Origin: an uncultured Prevotellaceae bacterium
Lineage (GTDB): Bacteria; Bacteroidota; Bacteroidia; Bacteroidales; Bacteroidaceae
Direction: 5' to 3'
Assembly: GCA_947167455.1 (NCBI GenBank)
Contig: CAMVIB010000013.1
Location: 882-64,881 of the forward strand
Length of the DNA: 64,000 bases
Of this stretch, positions 1-9,358 are shown piece after piece. The translations under genes were made by a program, and so were the position numbers. The notes under the pieces are model-generated. The model was not told the origin of the DNA. It did not search any database and saw nothing but the letters and a program-made list of their open reading frames with translations. The number at the start of each line of letters is the position of its first letter. Within the stretch, counting starts at the first letter, position 1.

Positions 1-2055
1 AATGTACAGTCCCTTGGCTGGCGGCGTGGCAAGGCGGCGGCCGGTGAGGTCATAGCGATTGGCTTTGGTGGAGGCCGGGTTGTGGGTGGAGTTGGGCAGT
101 TCCCTGACCCCAACGGATATAAGCGGCAGTGTGATGGTGGCAGCAAACTGCTCTGCATTGTTCTCTATGAGGAGGTAGTATGTGCCGTCGGCATAGCGCG
201 TGAGGTCTGTGTCCAATGCTGCCACATTGCTGGTCTGCACCACTTTGCGATACACCTCCCGGTCTGCCTCGTCCGTCAGCGTAACGGTATAGGGGCCGCT
301 CAGCGGCTTCAGGTTCAATAAGAGCTCGCTCTCTGAATACTCGCCAGTGAGGCTTTCCCCGCCAGCGTCTTGGGCCTCAGTCCGTTGCCGTGTACGCTCA
401 GGCGCCTTTGGCCTTGGCTTGGTGACATGCGTGAAGTCCAGCCACTGCTTCTTGACGTCGGAACCAATAGATGTCCGGCCGTAGATGACCTCGTCGCCTA
501 TGGTGCATGACATCAGGCTGTAATAGTAGCCTGCCCAGTCATAAGGCATCACATTGTGGAGCGGTGCGAGGTAGCTGCCTACGCCTTCCATCCACACTTC
601 GGGATTGCGGTAATCCCAACCCTCGTGCTCCTGGTCGGCCTCCTCCGTGATGTGCATCGCCAATTGCGTGGAAGTCCCTTTGTAGCCATCGGCATCGTTG
701 TAGGTGCGTTTCAAGATGAGTATGTCCTGCATGTCAGATGATAAGGCGCTGTAGATTCCCACGGTGTCGCCGACGGCAGAGGCAAAGTCGTAGAGCAGCA
801 GCGGTTTGACATGATTGGGCAAGACGCAATAGACACGCTGCGCCTCCTCATAGACCGCCCCCACATATTCCGTCCAAGGCTCACCACCGCCCCATCTCTG
901 GTCCGTTGGACCGTGCAGGCAGCTCATCTTCTTGCAGCTCAGGTTGCTGATTACCGTGTCGCCCTCAAAGTAGTAGGTATCTACCCGTTGGGGCGTAGGC
1001 GTCGGCCCCGGGTACCAGCCCACTCTCCACACCTTGCCATCCTCAATGAAGGGGCGGTAGGGAGTATGCTTGTTGTTGACCGGAACGGGATGTTCCCCTT
1101 GTTTGTCAACAGCAATGTACTGGATTTCGGGTTGGAAGAATCGGAAGTAGAGATCCACAGCACTCGGGCCCGTGCAGTCAGTGTATGGCGGAAGCTCCTC
1201 AATCTGGAATAATAAAATGTGGACATTAAGGTCGTCTGTATAGTCATCCATACAATATATATATTGATTGGGGCTGCATGAAATGGGGGCTTGCCCATAG
1301 ACATGCAGGGCATAGCTGTCGTGTTCCGGGTCCGGGACGAGCTCGTATTCCAGCTTTGTGGGAGTGCCGTCGGGAGCGTTATTCATAGGAATCGGCCGCA
1401 ACTGACAACCGCGCAAGGCTTGAGCGGGGGCCTCGAAGGGGAGGGGCAGAAAGTAGGGGCTTTGGTCATAGAGCACGTAGGCCGTATAATAAGCCCACGA
1501 ATTGGGCAAAATCCCCGAGAACAGCCCGGCCAGAGGCCCGGAGCGATGCCCGATGCCTTCAATCCATTCCACCTCAACCCTCACGGCGGCGTCGTACTGT
1601 CGGTCGTTGGCCTCGAAGGTGATTGTCTTCAGCCGCTCGCCATTAACCCACATTTCCCCCACTGTCTTCACCTTGCAGTGGGTATAGTCGCCATACTCTG
1701 GCTCGAACTCGTCTCCCTCTTTCAGCGTGAAGTCGTAGATGAGGTATTCCCGACCCGCATCGGCGTCGTAAAGATAGACCCGCCGGCCTGCTTCGCGGAA
1801 GAGGCCTACGGTTGTCTGCATGCCGTCTTGGGCCTTGGCGTACATCTTCGTGTATTCGTGTCCGCCTGCGACTGTCGGCTCCTCGGTCTGGCTGAAATGA
1901 TAATTGGTGATGGTATGGGCACTGCCCATGTTGAAACTGTGGACACACCACATCTTGCCTCTCTCAACGAAGGCGTGGTAACAAGTGGTGTCCGCCTGTG
2001 CGTGTGCACATACGGCAGTGAAGCAAAGCACGAGAAGGAAGAACAGTCGTTTCAT
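1..2055 (-). CDS. Secreted protein with a type IX secretion (T9SS) C-terminal sorting domain; its C-terminus runs off the left window edge
   Basis: This ORF is absent from the track because it is open to the window edge. Hand translation of the minus strand from ATG 2055..2053 gives MKRLFFLLVLCFTAVCAHAQ, a signal peptide. I found no stop in any segment I translated down to nt 1. There it reads ...NRYDLTGRRLATPPAKGLYI, a typical T9SS CTD signature. The protein has two internally similar halves (EVEWIEGIGH.. and EVWMEGVGSY..). The plus-strand ORFs 811..1212 and 1291..2085 are antisense artefacts. Confidence 0.75.
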   Translation of the reverse strand, partial: MKRLFFLLVLCFTAVCAHAQADTTCYHAFVERGKMWCVHSFNMGSAHTITNYHFSQTEEPTVAGGHEYTKMYAKAQDGMQTTVGLFREAGRRVYLYDADAGREYLIYDFTLKEGDEFEPEYGDYTHCKVKTVGEMWVNGERLKTITFEANDRQYDAAVRVEVEWIEGIGHRSGPLAGLFSGILPNSWAYYTAYVLYDQSPYFLPLPFEAPAQALRGCQLRPIPMNNAPDGTPTKLEYELVPDPEHDSYALHVYGQAPISCSPNQYIYCMDDYTDDLNVHILLFQIEELPPYTDCTGPSAVDLYFRFFQPEIQYIAVDKQGEHPVPVNNKHTPYRPFIEDGKVWRVGWYPGPTPTPQRVDTYYFEGDTVISNLSCKKMSCLHGPTDQRWGGGEPWTEYVGAVYEEAQRVYCVLPNHVKPLLLYDFASAVGDTVGIYSALSSDMQDILILKRTYNDADGYKGTSTQLAMHITEEADQEHEGWDYRNPEVWMEGVGSYLAPLHNVMPYDWAGYYYSLMSCTIGDEVIYGRTSIGSDVKKQWLDFTHVTKPRPKAPERTRQRTEAQDAGGESLTGEYSESELLLNLKPLSGPYTVTLTDEADREVYRKVVQTSNVAALDTDLTRYADGTYYLLIENNAEQFAATITLPLISVGVRELPNSTHNPASTKANRYDLTGRRLATPPAKGLYI

Positions 2056-2101
2056 AGCGGTATTTGTTTTAGAGTTGTGCATTAGATGTTGAAATCCGCT
2101 G

Positions 2102-2109
2102 CAAAGGTA
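2102..2109 (-). promoter_or_regulatory. Bacteroidota -7 promoter box (TAccTTTG on the minus strand)
   Basis: CAAAGGTA on the plus strand lies 47 nt upstream of the minus-strand ATG at 2055. It matches the Bacteroides sigma-A consensus TAnnTTTG. Confidence 0.55.
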
Positions 2110-2334
2110 CGGCTTATTGCTGACAGTTGTAGCGTTTACCCCATGGAAAATAGTTGTGAAGCGCACTTCCACGAAGAGCCTGAGGATCAGCTATATATCA
2201 GAAAACGGGATTGCTGAGGGGGTGGAAACTTTCCGCTTGGGTCATGGAATGGTGTATGCATCCGGCGCTTCAGGCGGTGGCAGGCACACGGAAAAGAGAG
2301 GTTTTTCCTTCGTCAAATGTGGGGCAGTGTGACA

Positions 2335-2582
2335 GATTGCAAACCACGTATGCAGTGTGCCGCGCGATGCGCAGGGGCTATCGGCTCCTACAGTCCCAAC
2401 AGAAACCGTTAGTATCTACATGAAGCGTGGAACTGTATGTCCGTCTTCAAGCTGAAGGTCCTGAGAGAACCTGGGTAGAAAAGAGGATTAGGGCAGTTCC
2501 ACGCAAAGCGTGAAGCTGCTATGGTCGTCTCCGTTCTACCCCATACAGTGTGGTTGTGACCTCTGGTGATGGGTTTGCAATC
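2335..2582. other. Non-coding segment with two nested 11-bp inverted repeats; possibly a structured RNA or a decayed element
   Basis: GATTGCAAACC (2335..2345) pairs with GGTTTGCAATC (2572..2582). This pair encloses GCGTGGAACTG (2425..2435) paired with CAGTTCCACGC (2494..2504). No credible ORF lies in 2056..2885. Confidence 0.3.
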
Positions 2583-2767
2583 AGTGAAAATTTCTCAGGT
2601 TTTCAGCTTGCAAGGGAAGAGCATAACGCTTCGTTTATTTCAATATGTGGTGCGCAGCCGCTGCTGCGCTGTGAGGTGCTCCGTTGATTGCCTCAACGTC
2701 AGCTGCAAAACTGGATGTCTTGACTTTGAGAGTTGTCGATAAGGCTTCAATAGATGCTTCTCACGCC

Positions 2768-2992
2768 GAAAATGTAGCGACATCCTCGGAAACGGCAAAG
2801 GGAATCGCAGACTTTTTACTTCTATACTACGAAAAAAACTCCCGGCGGGGGTGCTGGGAGGTGATGACACAGTGAACGGCTGATGTCACAGCCGCTCTAT
2901 CTCTTCGTGTGTGAGACCTGTGATGTCAGCGATGTCTGCCAATGAATAGCCACGGGCTTTCATCTTGCGGGCATTATTGAGTTTTTCCTGCT
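2768..2992. repeat. Direct repeat copy 1: Rpn 3' end, weak hairpin with T-run, and promoter-like segment
   Basis: About 225 bp is nearly identical to 3865..4090. Shared strings include AATGTAGCGAC, GAAACGGCAAAGGGAATCGCAGACTTTTTACTTCTATACTACGAAAAAA and TGTCACAGCCGCTCTATCTCTTCGTGTGTGAGACCTGTGATGTCAGCGATGTCTGCCAATGAATAGCCACGGGCTTTCATCTTGCGGGCATTAT. Confidence 0.85.
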
Positions 2993-3833
2993 GAAGACCT
3001 TGCTGAAGACCTTGCTGTCGGCCTTGCTGAAGACCTTGCTGAAGACCTTGTTGCCGGCCCTTCTCCATGCCTTCCTTCATACCCTCGAACCGGCCCTCGT
3101 CGCGGGCGCCGTCAACGGTGTTGCGCAGAATGGCGCGGTCCATGAGGTAGCGGTCATAGATGACGCGCTCGTCGCGGCTCATGCGCATCAGGTCCAGCTT
3201 CTCGCGCGCCTCTTTCAGGCCGGGCGCGTCGGCATCATCGGGAATGTCGGAGGTCGATAGGAAGTAGAGCCACTGGTCCAGCGGCACGCGGCTCCAGCGG
3301 TTGAAGTCGTTAACCTTGAGGATGACGTAGCGCGGGTATAGGTCGCTCACGGCGTCAGCCTGGAACTTCTGACGCTGGAACGGCGAGAGCTGCAGCACGT
3401 CACCCTTGTTCAGCCCACGGAACTCCGTCTTGCCCTCATAGACGCAGTCCTCGCCCTGGCCCAGGTCGAAATAGACGATGTTGATGCTATACACGCGCTT
3501 CACGTGCTCGTAATTCTCCCCGCTCTCGATGTACTCCGTCACGAGCTTCGATGCTCCGAAGAGCATGCGCTGGAAGTAGGCCTGCTCTGGCTCACCCTGC
3601 ACCTCGATGAGCAGCAGGTCGCCGTTCGAGTCCTGTGCCAGCAGATCAACGCGGTTGCTCTTGGAGTCCTCGCCATCCTTGTTGCCCTCGCTTTCCAGGA
3701 GGCTCTTGATGGTGATGGTCCGGCCCAGTATCACGCTGACGAAACCCTCGAGGACATCGTGGTTGGCTTTCTCGCGAAGGAGGTGCTTCAGCGCCCAGTC
3801 GAAGCTGATGAAGGTGCGTTTCTTTCGTGTCAT
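2886..3833 (-). CDS. Rpn/YhgA-like PD-(D/E)XK putative recombination-promoting nuclease or transposase
   Basis: The start was moved to ATG 3833 (MTRKKRTFISFDWALKHLLREKANHDVLEGF) because a -7 box at 3864..3871 lies inside the longer 335-aa ORF. The nuclease-like core is DLLAQD...LLLIEVQ. The general layout matches the Rpn family. A Q/G repeat block (QQGLQQGLQQGRQQGLQQGLQQ) is followed by an HTH-like tail, ARGYSLADIADITGLTHEEIERL. Confidence 0.75.
   Translation of the reverse strand: MTRKKRTFISFDWALKHLLREKANHDVLEGFVSVILGRTITIKSLLESEGNKDGEDSKSNRVDLLAQDSNGDLLLIEVQGEPEQAYFQRMLFGASKLVTEYIESGENYEHVKRVYSINIVYFDLGQGEDCVYEGKTEFRGLNKGDVLQLSPFQRQKFQADAVSDLYPRYVILKVNDFNRWSRVPLDQWLYFLSTSDIPDDADAPGLKEAREKLDLMRMSRDERVIYDRYLMDRAILRNTVDGARDEGRFEGMKEGMEKGRQQGLQQGLQQGRQQGLQQGLQQEKLNNARKMKARGYSLADIADITGLTHEEIERL
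2989..3060. repeat. In-frame 12-nt tandem repeat (about 6 units) inside the Rpn gene
   Basis: GCTGAAGACCTT-type units repeat head to tail and encode the QQGL/QQGR repeats. Confidence 0.85.
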
Positions 3834-3863
3834 GGATGATGGGGACTTTATTATATCACTTTG

Positions 3864-3871
3864 CAAATGTA
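3864..3871 (-). promoter_or_regulatory. -7 promoter box (TAcaTTTG) for the Rpn gene
   Basis: CAAATGTA on the plus strand lies about 30 nt upstream of ATG 3833. Confidence 0.55.
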
Positions 3872-4090
3872 GCGACTTCTTCCGAAACGGCAAAGGGAAT
3901 CGCAGACTTTTTACTTCTATACTACGAAAAAACCTCCCGGCGGGGGTGCAGGGGAGGCTCTTTTATAGCGATAATGACTATGTCACAGCCGCTCTATCTC
4001 TTCGTGTGTGAGACCTGTGATGTCAGCGATGTCTGCCAATGAATAGCCACGGGCTTTCATCTTGCGGGCATTATCTAGTTGTTCCTGCTG
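3865..4090. repeat. Direct repeat copy 2 (see 2768..2992)
   Basis: This copy has the same about 225-bp unit in the same order and orientation, with scattered mismatches. Confidence 0.85.
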
Positions 4091-4096
4091 CAGATG
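3983..4096 (-). pseudogene. Orphan 3' fragment of a second Rpn-family gene
   Basis: The minus strand reads ..QQEQLDNARKMKARGYSLADIADITGLTHEEIERL*, nearly identical to the last 34 codons of 2886..3833. It has no upstream nuclease domain and abuts the stop of the next gene at 4117. Confidence 0.7.
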
Positions 4097-4116
4097 CCTG
4101 CTGGGGACGTTGCAGG

Positions 4117-5025
4117 CTAAGTGCGACACATGTTTCTGCAGCGTAGGTCGATGGTGCCGTCTCCGTCGCGCTGCACGATGGTGATGGGGACGTTGCCGAG
4201 AGCTGCCGCTATGGGCGAGAAGGTCGAGCCTGCCGACCCGTAGATGCGGCGTGTGCGGCTGAGGGCAAACATCTCTGCCAGCGCGTCGCGAATGCCGTCG
4301 GCAGATTCTCGTGTCGCCTCAGCATCCGACATGATGACGCTGCTGCCGTAGCGGCTGCGCAAGGCATCCTTCGTGGCCTCGTCGTCGGTGGCGAGGTAGA
4401 TGCGGAACGTGTCGCCATGCCGTAGCGTGGTGCATGACGAGGCCTCACGCTCGCGTTCTATAGCCTCGACGAAGAGTTCCAGCGGACTCTCGTCGATGGC
4501 CTGGCGATGGTCGGTGCGGCGTATGTGTATGCCGATGGTGTCTGCCGTGAAGCGGCTGCAGCGTGCGTCAATCAGCCGCTGCACGGTGGCGTTGGGGCGG
4601 AACAGGAGGCGCAGGTCGGCAGCATCCCAGTCGCAGAAGTCGCGATAGGCCGCCAGCATGCAGCCGCCGCGGCGCATCCAGTCCCTGTAGTCGAAGCCCT
4701 CCTGGTTGAGGTGCCACACCTGTGGTGCAAGGATTATCTTGCTGAAGCACAGGCGCTGCAGCACTCGGGGAGCATACATGTTAGACAGACGCGGACGTGC
4801 CAGCACGGCACGCTCCCACCCCTCGGCATCGCGCAGGCAGAATGGCGTGTCGCCCGGCACGGCTACAGGCTCGAACAGCTCGTCGAAGCGGCATCGCATG
4901 CCCCACTGCGCCGTCCATACGACACGCAGGGGTATGTTTGCCTCGCGGCTCATGGCGTAGGCCGATGCGGCCACACGCATGCGGTTGCCCAAACCGCCTT
5001 CCAGGACTATCGTGTTTTCTCTCAT
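4117..5025 (-). CDS. Glycosyltransferase, GT11 (alpha-1,2-fucosyltransferase)-like
   Basis: This is a 302-aa ORF. It has N-terminal GGLGNRM, an HIRRTDH motif (compare the HxRRxD motif of fucosyltransferases) and a C-terminal GSAGSTFS motif. A -7 box lies 18 nt upstream. Confidence 0.5.
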   Translation of the reverse strand: MRENTIVLEGGLGNRMRVAASAYAMSREANIPLRVVWTAQWGMRCRFDELFEPVAVPGDTPFCLRDAEGWERAVLARPRLSNMYAPRVLQRLCFSKIILAPQVWHLNQEGFDYRDWMRRGGCMLAAYRDFCDWDAADLRLLFRPNATVQRLIDARCSRFTADTIGIHIRRTDHRQAIDESPLELFVEAIEREREASSCTTLRHGDTFRIYLATDDEATKDALRSRYGSSVIMSDAEATRESADGIRDALAEMFALSRTRRIYGSAGSTFSPIAAALGNVPITIVQRDGDGTIDLRCRNMCRT

Positions 5026-5042
5026 CGTGAAGGTTTAGAGCG

Positions 5043-5050
5043 CAAAGGTA
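5043..5050 (-). promoter_or_regulatory. -7 promoter box (TAccTTTG)
   Basis: CAAAGGTA on the plus strand lies upstream of the minus-strand ATG at 5025. Confidence 0.5.
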
Positions 5051-5114
5051 CACATTTTTTCGGCATCACAAACCTTTTTCGCCGTCAAACTTCGCTTTTT
5101 ACGCCTTTTTTGCA

Positions 5115-5122
5115 TACCTTTG
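5115..5122 (+). promoter_or_regulatory. -7 promoter box (TAccTTTG) for mutS
   Basis: TACCTTTG lies 30 nt upstream of ATG 5152. Confidence 0.55.
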
Positions 5123-5151
5123 CGCCCTCACATAATAATTCACTGACCATA

Positions 5152-7764
5152 ATGGCTGAAACGACCCCCATGATGAAGCAGTTCTTCGACCTGAAGGCCA
5201 AGCACCCCGACGCGCTGCTGCTCTTCAGATGCGGAGACTTCTATGAGACCTACGGACAGGATGCCGTCGAGGCGTCCGATATCCTCGGCATAACCCTCAC
5301 CAAGCGCAGCAACGGCCGCGAAGGTGAGAACACGCCCATGGCGGGCTTCCCCTACCATGCCCTCGACACCTACCTGCCTAAGCTCGTCAGGGCGGGGCGC
5401 CGTGTGGCCATCTGCGATCAGCTCGAGGACCCCAAGCTCACCAAGAAGCTCGTCAAGCGTGGCATCACAGAGCTTGTCACCCCCGGCGTCACCATGACCG
5501 ACACCGTGCTCAACTATCGCGAGAACAACTTCCTTGCCGCCGTACACTTCGCCCGCGAGGACCAGGTGGGCGTCAGCTTCCTCGACATCTCCACCGGAGA
5601 GTGGCTCGTGGCGGAGGGCAGCGCCGAGTATGTCGATAAGCTCATGGCCAGCTTCGCACCCAAGGAGGTGCTCTACGAGCGCGGGCGCAAGGGCATGTTC
5701 CAGGGATGCTTCGGCACGAAGTTCGTGACCTTCGAGCTCGACGACTGGGTCTTCACCTCACAGACGGCCACCGACAAGCTCCTGCGCCACTTCGAGGTCA
5801 CTACCCTCAAGGGCTTCGGCATAGAGGCCCTCACGAGGGGCATCATTGCCGCCGGAGCCATACTACAGTATCTCGAGATGACGCAGCACACACAGCTGGC
5901 GCACATCACCACCATCAGCCGCATCGAGGAGGAACGCTACGTGCGCCTCGACCGCTTCACCGTGCGCAACCTCGAGCTGACACAGCCCCTCAACGACGGC
6001 GGACGCTCGCTGCTCAGCGTCATCGACCACACCATAACACCCATGGGAGCACGCACCATGCAGCGATGGCTCCTCTTCCCCCTGCGCGACGCCACCCAGA
6101 TCGACGCCCGCCTCGACGTCGTGGACTACTACGTCCGCAACCCCGACGCCAGCCAGCTCGTGGCCGGGCAGCTGCACCTCATCGGCGACCTCGAACGCAT
6201 AACGTCGAAGGTCAGCGTGGGGCGTGTCTCGCCCCGTGACATCCAGCAGCTGCGCATAGCCCTCGAAGCCCTGCAGCCCATCAAGAACGCCAGCCTACTT
6301 GCCGACGACGCCACCCTCTCGCGCATCGGCCAGCAGCTCAACCTCTGCCAGGAGGTGCGCGAGCGCATACGCCGCGAGCTGCAGCCCGACCCGCCGCTCA
6401 CCCTGCAGAAAGGCGGCGTCATAGCCCGAGGCGTGAATGCCGAGCTCGACGAGCTGCGCGACATCGCCACGGGCGGGCGCGACTACCTCCTCAAGCTCCA
6501 GCAGCGCGAGGCCGAGGCCACGGGCATACAGAGCCTCAAGGTGGCCTACAACAACGTCTTCGGCTACTACCTCGAGGTGCGCAACACCTACAAGGACCGC
6601 GTGCCCGACACCTGGATACGCAAGCAGACGCTCGTCAACGCCGAACGCTACATCACGCAGGAGCTCAAGGACTACGAGGAGAAGATACTCGGCGCCGAGG
6701 AGCGTATGCTGCAGCTCGAGGCGCAGCTCTTCGCCGCACTCGTGGCCGACATCGCCAACTACACGCCCGACATCCAGCGCAACGCTCACCTCATCGCCGA
6801 ACTCGACTGCCTGCTGTCGTTCGCCAACGTGGCCACACAGCAGCACTACGTCCGCCCCGTCATCGACAACTCCCTGCAGATCGACATACGTCAGGGCCGG
6901 CACCCCGTCATCGAGGCCGAGATGCCCCCGGGCCAGACATACACGCCCAACGACATCGCCATCGACACCGACACGCAGCAGATTCTCATCATCACCGGCC
7001 CCAACATGGCCGGCAAGAGCGCTCTGCTCCGACAGACGGCACTCATCACCCTCCTCGCACAGGTGGGATGCTTCGTGCCCGCCGAGTCGGCACACATCGG
7101 ACTCGTCGATAAGATCTTCACACGCGTGGGGGCGTCCGACAACATCAGCGTCGGCGAATCGACATTCATGGTCGAGATGACCGAGGCAGCAAGCATCCTC
7201 AACAACATCAGCCAGCGCTCGCTGCTGCTCTTCGACGAGCTCGGCCGAGGCACCTCGACCTACGACGGCATCAGCATAGCATGGGCCATCGTGGAGTACC
7301 TCCACCAGAACGCGCAGGCACACCCCCGCACGCTCTTCGCCACCCACTACCACGAGCTCAACGAGATGGCGTCCCAGCTGCCGCGCATACGCAACTTCAA
7401 CGTCTCGGTGCGCGAGCTGCGGGGCAAAGTCATCTTCCTGCGCAAACTCGTGCCGGGGGGCGCCGAGCATAGCTTCGGCATACATGTGGCACGCCTCGCA
7501 GGCATGCCGCGCGACATCGTGCGCCGCGCAGAGGCCATCCTCCGACAGCTGGAGACAGCCCATGCCTCCGACAAGCTTGCCACAGGTGCCAAGATCGCTT
7601 CGCCGTCAACGTCCGACAGCATGCAGCTCAACCTCTTCCAGCTCGACGACCCCGTGCTCTCACAGATCCGCGACGAGATACTCTCGCTCGACATCAACAA
7701 CCTCACGCCTCTCGAGGCGCTGCAGAAGCTCGACAGCATAAAGCACATATTGCTCGGCAAGTGA
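5152..7764 (+). CDS. mutS: DNA mismatch repair protein MutS
   Basis: The in-frame start is [34 protein letters not shown], a classic MutS N-terminus. The Walker A motif is GPNMAGKS, followed by [12 protein letters not shown]. The ORF-track start at 4507 is an upstream read-through antisense to the neighbouring gene. Confidence 0.97.
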   Translation: MAETTPMMKQFFDLKAKHPDALLLFRCGDFYETYGQDAVEASDILGITLTKRSNGREGENTPMAGFPYHALDTYLPKLVRAGRRVAICDQLEDPKLTKKLVKRGITELVTPGVTMTDTVLNYRENNFLAAVHFAREDQVGVSFLDISTGEWLVAEGSAEYVDKLMASFAPKEVLYERGRKGMFQGCFGTKFVTFELDDWVFTSQTATDKLLRHFEVTTLKGFGIEALTRGIIAAGAILQYLEMTQHTQLAHITTISRIEEERYVRLDRFTVRNLELTQPLNDGGRSLLSVIDHTITPMGARTMQRWLLFPLRDATQIDARLDVVDYYVRNPDASQLVAGQLHLIGDLERITSKVSVGRVSPRDIQQLRIALEALQPIKNASLLADDATLSRIGQQLNLCQEVRERIRRELQPDPPLTLQKGGVIARGVNAELDELRDIATGGRDYLLKLQQREAEATGIQSLKVAYNNVFGYYLEVRNTYKDRVPDTWIRKQTLVNAERYITQELKDYEEKILGAEERMLQLEAQLFAALVADIANYTPDIQRNAHLIAELDCLLSFANVATQQHYVRPVIDNSLQIDIRQGRHPVIEAEMPPGQTYTPNDIAIDTDTQQILIITGPNMAGKSALLRQTALITLLAQVGCFVPAESAHIGLVDKIFTRVGASDNISVGESTFMVEMTEAASILNNISQRSLLLFDELGRGTSTYDGISIAWAIVEYLHQNAQAHPRTLFATHYHELNEMASQLPRIRNFNVSVRELRGKVIFLRKLVPGGAEHSFGIHVARLAGMPRDIVRRAEAILRQLETAHASDKLATGAKIASPSTSDSMQLNLFQLDDPVLSQIRDEILSLDINNLTPLEALQKLDSIKHILLGK

Positions 7765-7817
7765 GGCCCATGCCCACAAGGCAGGCGCAGCCCATATACC
7801 CCTTTTCCACGACGCAT

Positions 7818-7840
7818 CCCTGCGGACACTCTCCGCAGGG
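7818..7840 (+). terminator. Candidate hairpin downstream of mutS
   Basis: CCCTGCGGA-cactc-TCCGCAGGG forms a 9-bp stem 54 nt after the mutS stop. It has no clear T-run. Confidence 0.3.
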
Positions 7841-7994
7841 CTGCGTGTTGTCATGCAGACGGTGGCCACCGTCAGACAGTAGCGTGCGTCTGTTTCAGCA
7901 TGGGCTCACGCCCCAGGCTGTGGCAAGCCATCCCTGCGGGGTTCTAAGGCATCGGTTTCGGCGAGGAGAGTCACCCCTTCCGTCGAGGCGTGAA

Positions 7995-8076
7995 CATCCC
8001 CTAGGGGAGTTAGGTAACTCCCCTAGGCGAGTTGTGTTACTCCCCTAGGCGAGTTACCTAACTCCCCTAGGGGATG
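7995..8076. repeat. Compound palindrome built from four CTCCCCTAGG(G/C)GAG units
   Basis: CATCCCCTAGGGGAGTTAGGTAACTC ... GAGTTACCTAACTCCCCTAGGGGATG form 26-bp outer inverted arms. They flank two direct ACTCCCCTAGGCGAGTT units. Confidence 0.85.
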
Positions 8077-8170
8077 TCTTGAGGTCTGCAAGAGGGGGTT
8101 ACGTTATGTGCGCCGACATTCAGCTGACGACTATCCGCATGAACCCGTATAGGACGCTGCGCCCGACCTT

Positions 8171-8193
8171 TGCGGATAATTGCGGATAATCAT
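8171..8193. repeat. Solo terminal-repeat fragment related to the MITE-like element at 12955..13213
   Basis: A TGCGGATAAT TGCGGATAAT tandem is followed by CAT. ATTGCGGATAATCAT (8179..8193) is identical to 13199..13213 and is the reverse complement of 12955..12969. Confidence 0.75.
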
Positions 8194-8274
8194 ATTCAGC
8201 TATTCTCGGAGAGGCCGGCTCATGCCGACTCATCACAGGCCGGGACGCAGGACGCTGCCGAAGAGCCCTGGCGG

Positions 8275-9321
8275 CTAAGCGTGGAGCATGTCGAGGAAGC
8301 GCTCTGCGCACCACAGCTGCCACTTCTGGTTGCCGGTGAGGTCGTGCATGGGTATGTCGCTGCGGAATTCCGGCCGCTGCGGCCCCTGCCAGTTGGCGAA
8401 GACGGCATCTACGGGTCGCGGCATGGGGATCTTGAAGGGTATCTCTAGCTCGGGGTACTTGATGGCATAGAGTCCTCGGACGAGGTACTTGGGCTCTCCG
8501 CCCCGCACGCGCTCCATGTCGAGGGGCTCGGCCATGACGAGCCGGGCGTATGGGTCGTAGTATGGCATCCATGCCGCGCCGAAGGCGTTGAGGTATGATC
8601 CTGAGCTCTCGATGGCGAAGACGTCGTCCATGAACCGGGAGACATCTATGCCGTCGGCCCCTATGCGGTACGGCTCGAAGAGCTCTGCCTGGCTCACGGG
8701 GTGTGTGAGCACAAGGCCGGGGTCGAGGAACGTGTATCGCTTCACGAAGGCATCGAACGTCCAGCATGGCGAGATGAGCTTGTCCATGCCTCCGAAGATG
8801 AGGTCCGCGCTCTCGCCCACGATCATCAGCTGCACGCCGTCGGCCTTGGCCAGCTCGGCGGCCTTGTAGATCTGCGGCTCTATGGAGTGGACGGGTGCGA
8901 ACTTGTGACGCATGACGATGGGGGTGTAGCGCTCGTAGTCGTCCATCGTGATGTCGATGAGATGGTGGCGCAGCTGCCACTTGGCACAATATGTCCGTGC
9001 CCTCTGCACGTCGGCGTCGAAGACCCCGGATGTGGAGTTGAAGGTGTAGGCATGGCTGCCGGGCTTGAGGTATGCTGCCAGGTTGGCGCTGTCCATGCCC
9101 CCGGAGAGCAGGATGCCTATGCTGTCGTACTTCTCATAGAGCGCATCGAACTGGCGCTGTATCTCGTGGTCGATGTCTGCCGATGTCGTCACGGCGATGC
9201 GCTGGCTGTCGTCTGCGGGACGGTAGTTCTTGTGTTGGAAGCCCTCGGCGAAATCCACGCCGTCGCGCCAGATGTAGCGGAAGGCGATGTACGAGCTGAG
9301 GCAGAAGTCCTTGTCTGTCAT
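8275..9321 (-). CDS. Asparagine synthase C-terminal-domain (PP-loop ATP pyrophosphatase) family protein lacking the glutaminase domain
   Basis: This is a 348-aa ORF with the SGGMDS PP-loop motif and AsnB-type C-terminal layout. It lacks the N-terminal Cys/Ntn amidotransferase domain. Confidence 0.7.
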   Translation of the reverse strand: MTDKDFCLSSYIAFRYIWRDGVDFAEGFQHKNYRPADDSQRIAVTTSADIDHEIQRQFDALYEKYDSIGILLSGGMDSANLAAYLKPGSHAYTFNSTSGVFDADVQRARTYCAKWQLRHHLIDITMDDYERYTPIVMRHKFAPVHSIEPQIYKAAELAKADGVQLMIVGESADLIFGGMDKLISPCWTFDAFVKRYTFLDPGLVLTHPVSQAELFEPYRIGADGIDVSRFMDDVFAIESSGSYLNAFGAAWMPYYDPYARLVMAEPLDMERVRGGEPKYLVRGLYAIKYPELEIPFKIPMPRPVDAVFANWQGPQRPEFRSDIPMHDLTGNQKWQLWCAERFLDMLHA

Positions 9322-9358
9322 GTGGTTTTATGATTTACGATTACTGTTCGGCCCTCTG

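Noticed and set aside
4507-5151. A 215-codon N-terminal extension of the mutS ORF in the track
   Set aside because: The extension is antisense to the GT11-like gene. A -7 box and a canonical MutS N-terminus ([15 protein letters not shown]) define the real start at 5152.
8120-8989. A 289-aa Arg/His/Pro-rich ORF on the minus strand
   Set aside because: It is out of frame with the AsnB-like gene and nested within it. Its composition is low-complexity and implausible for a protein.
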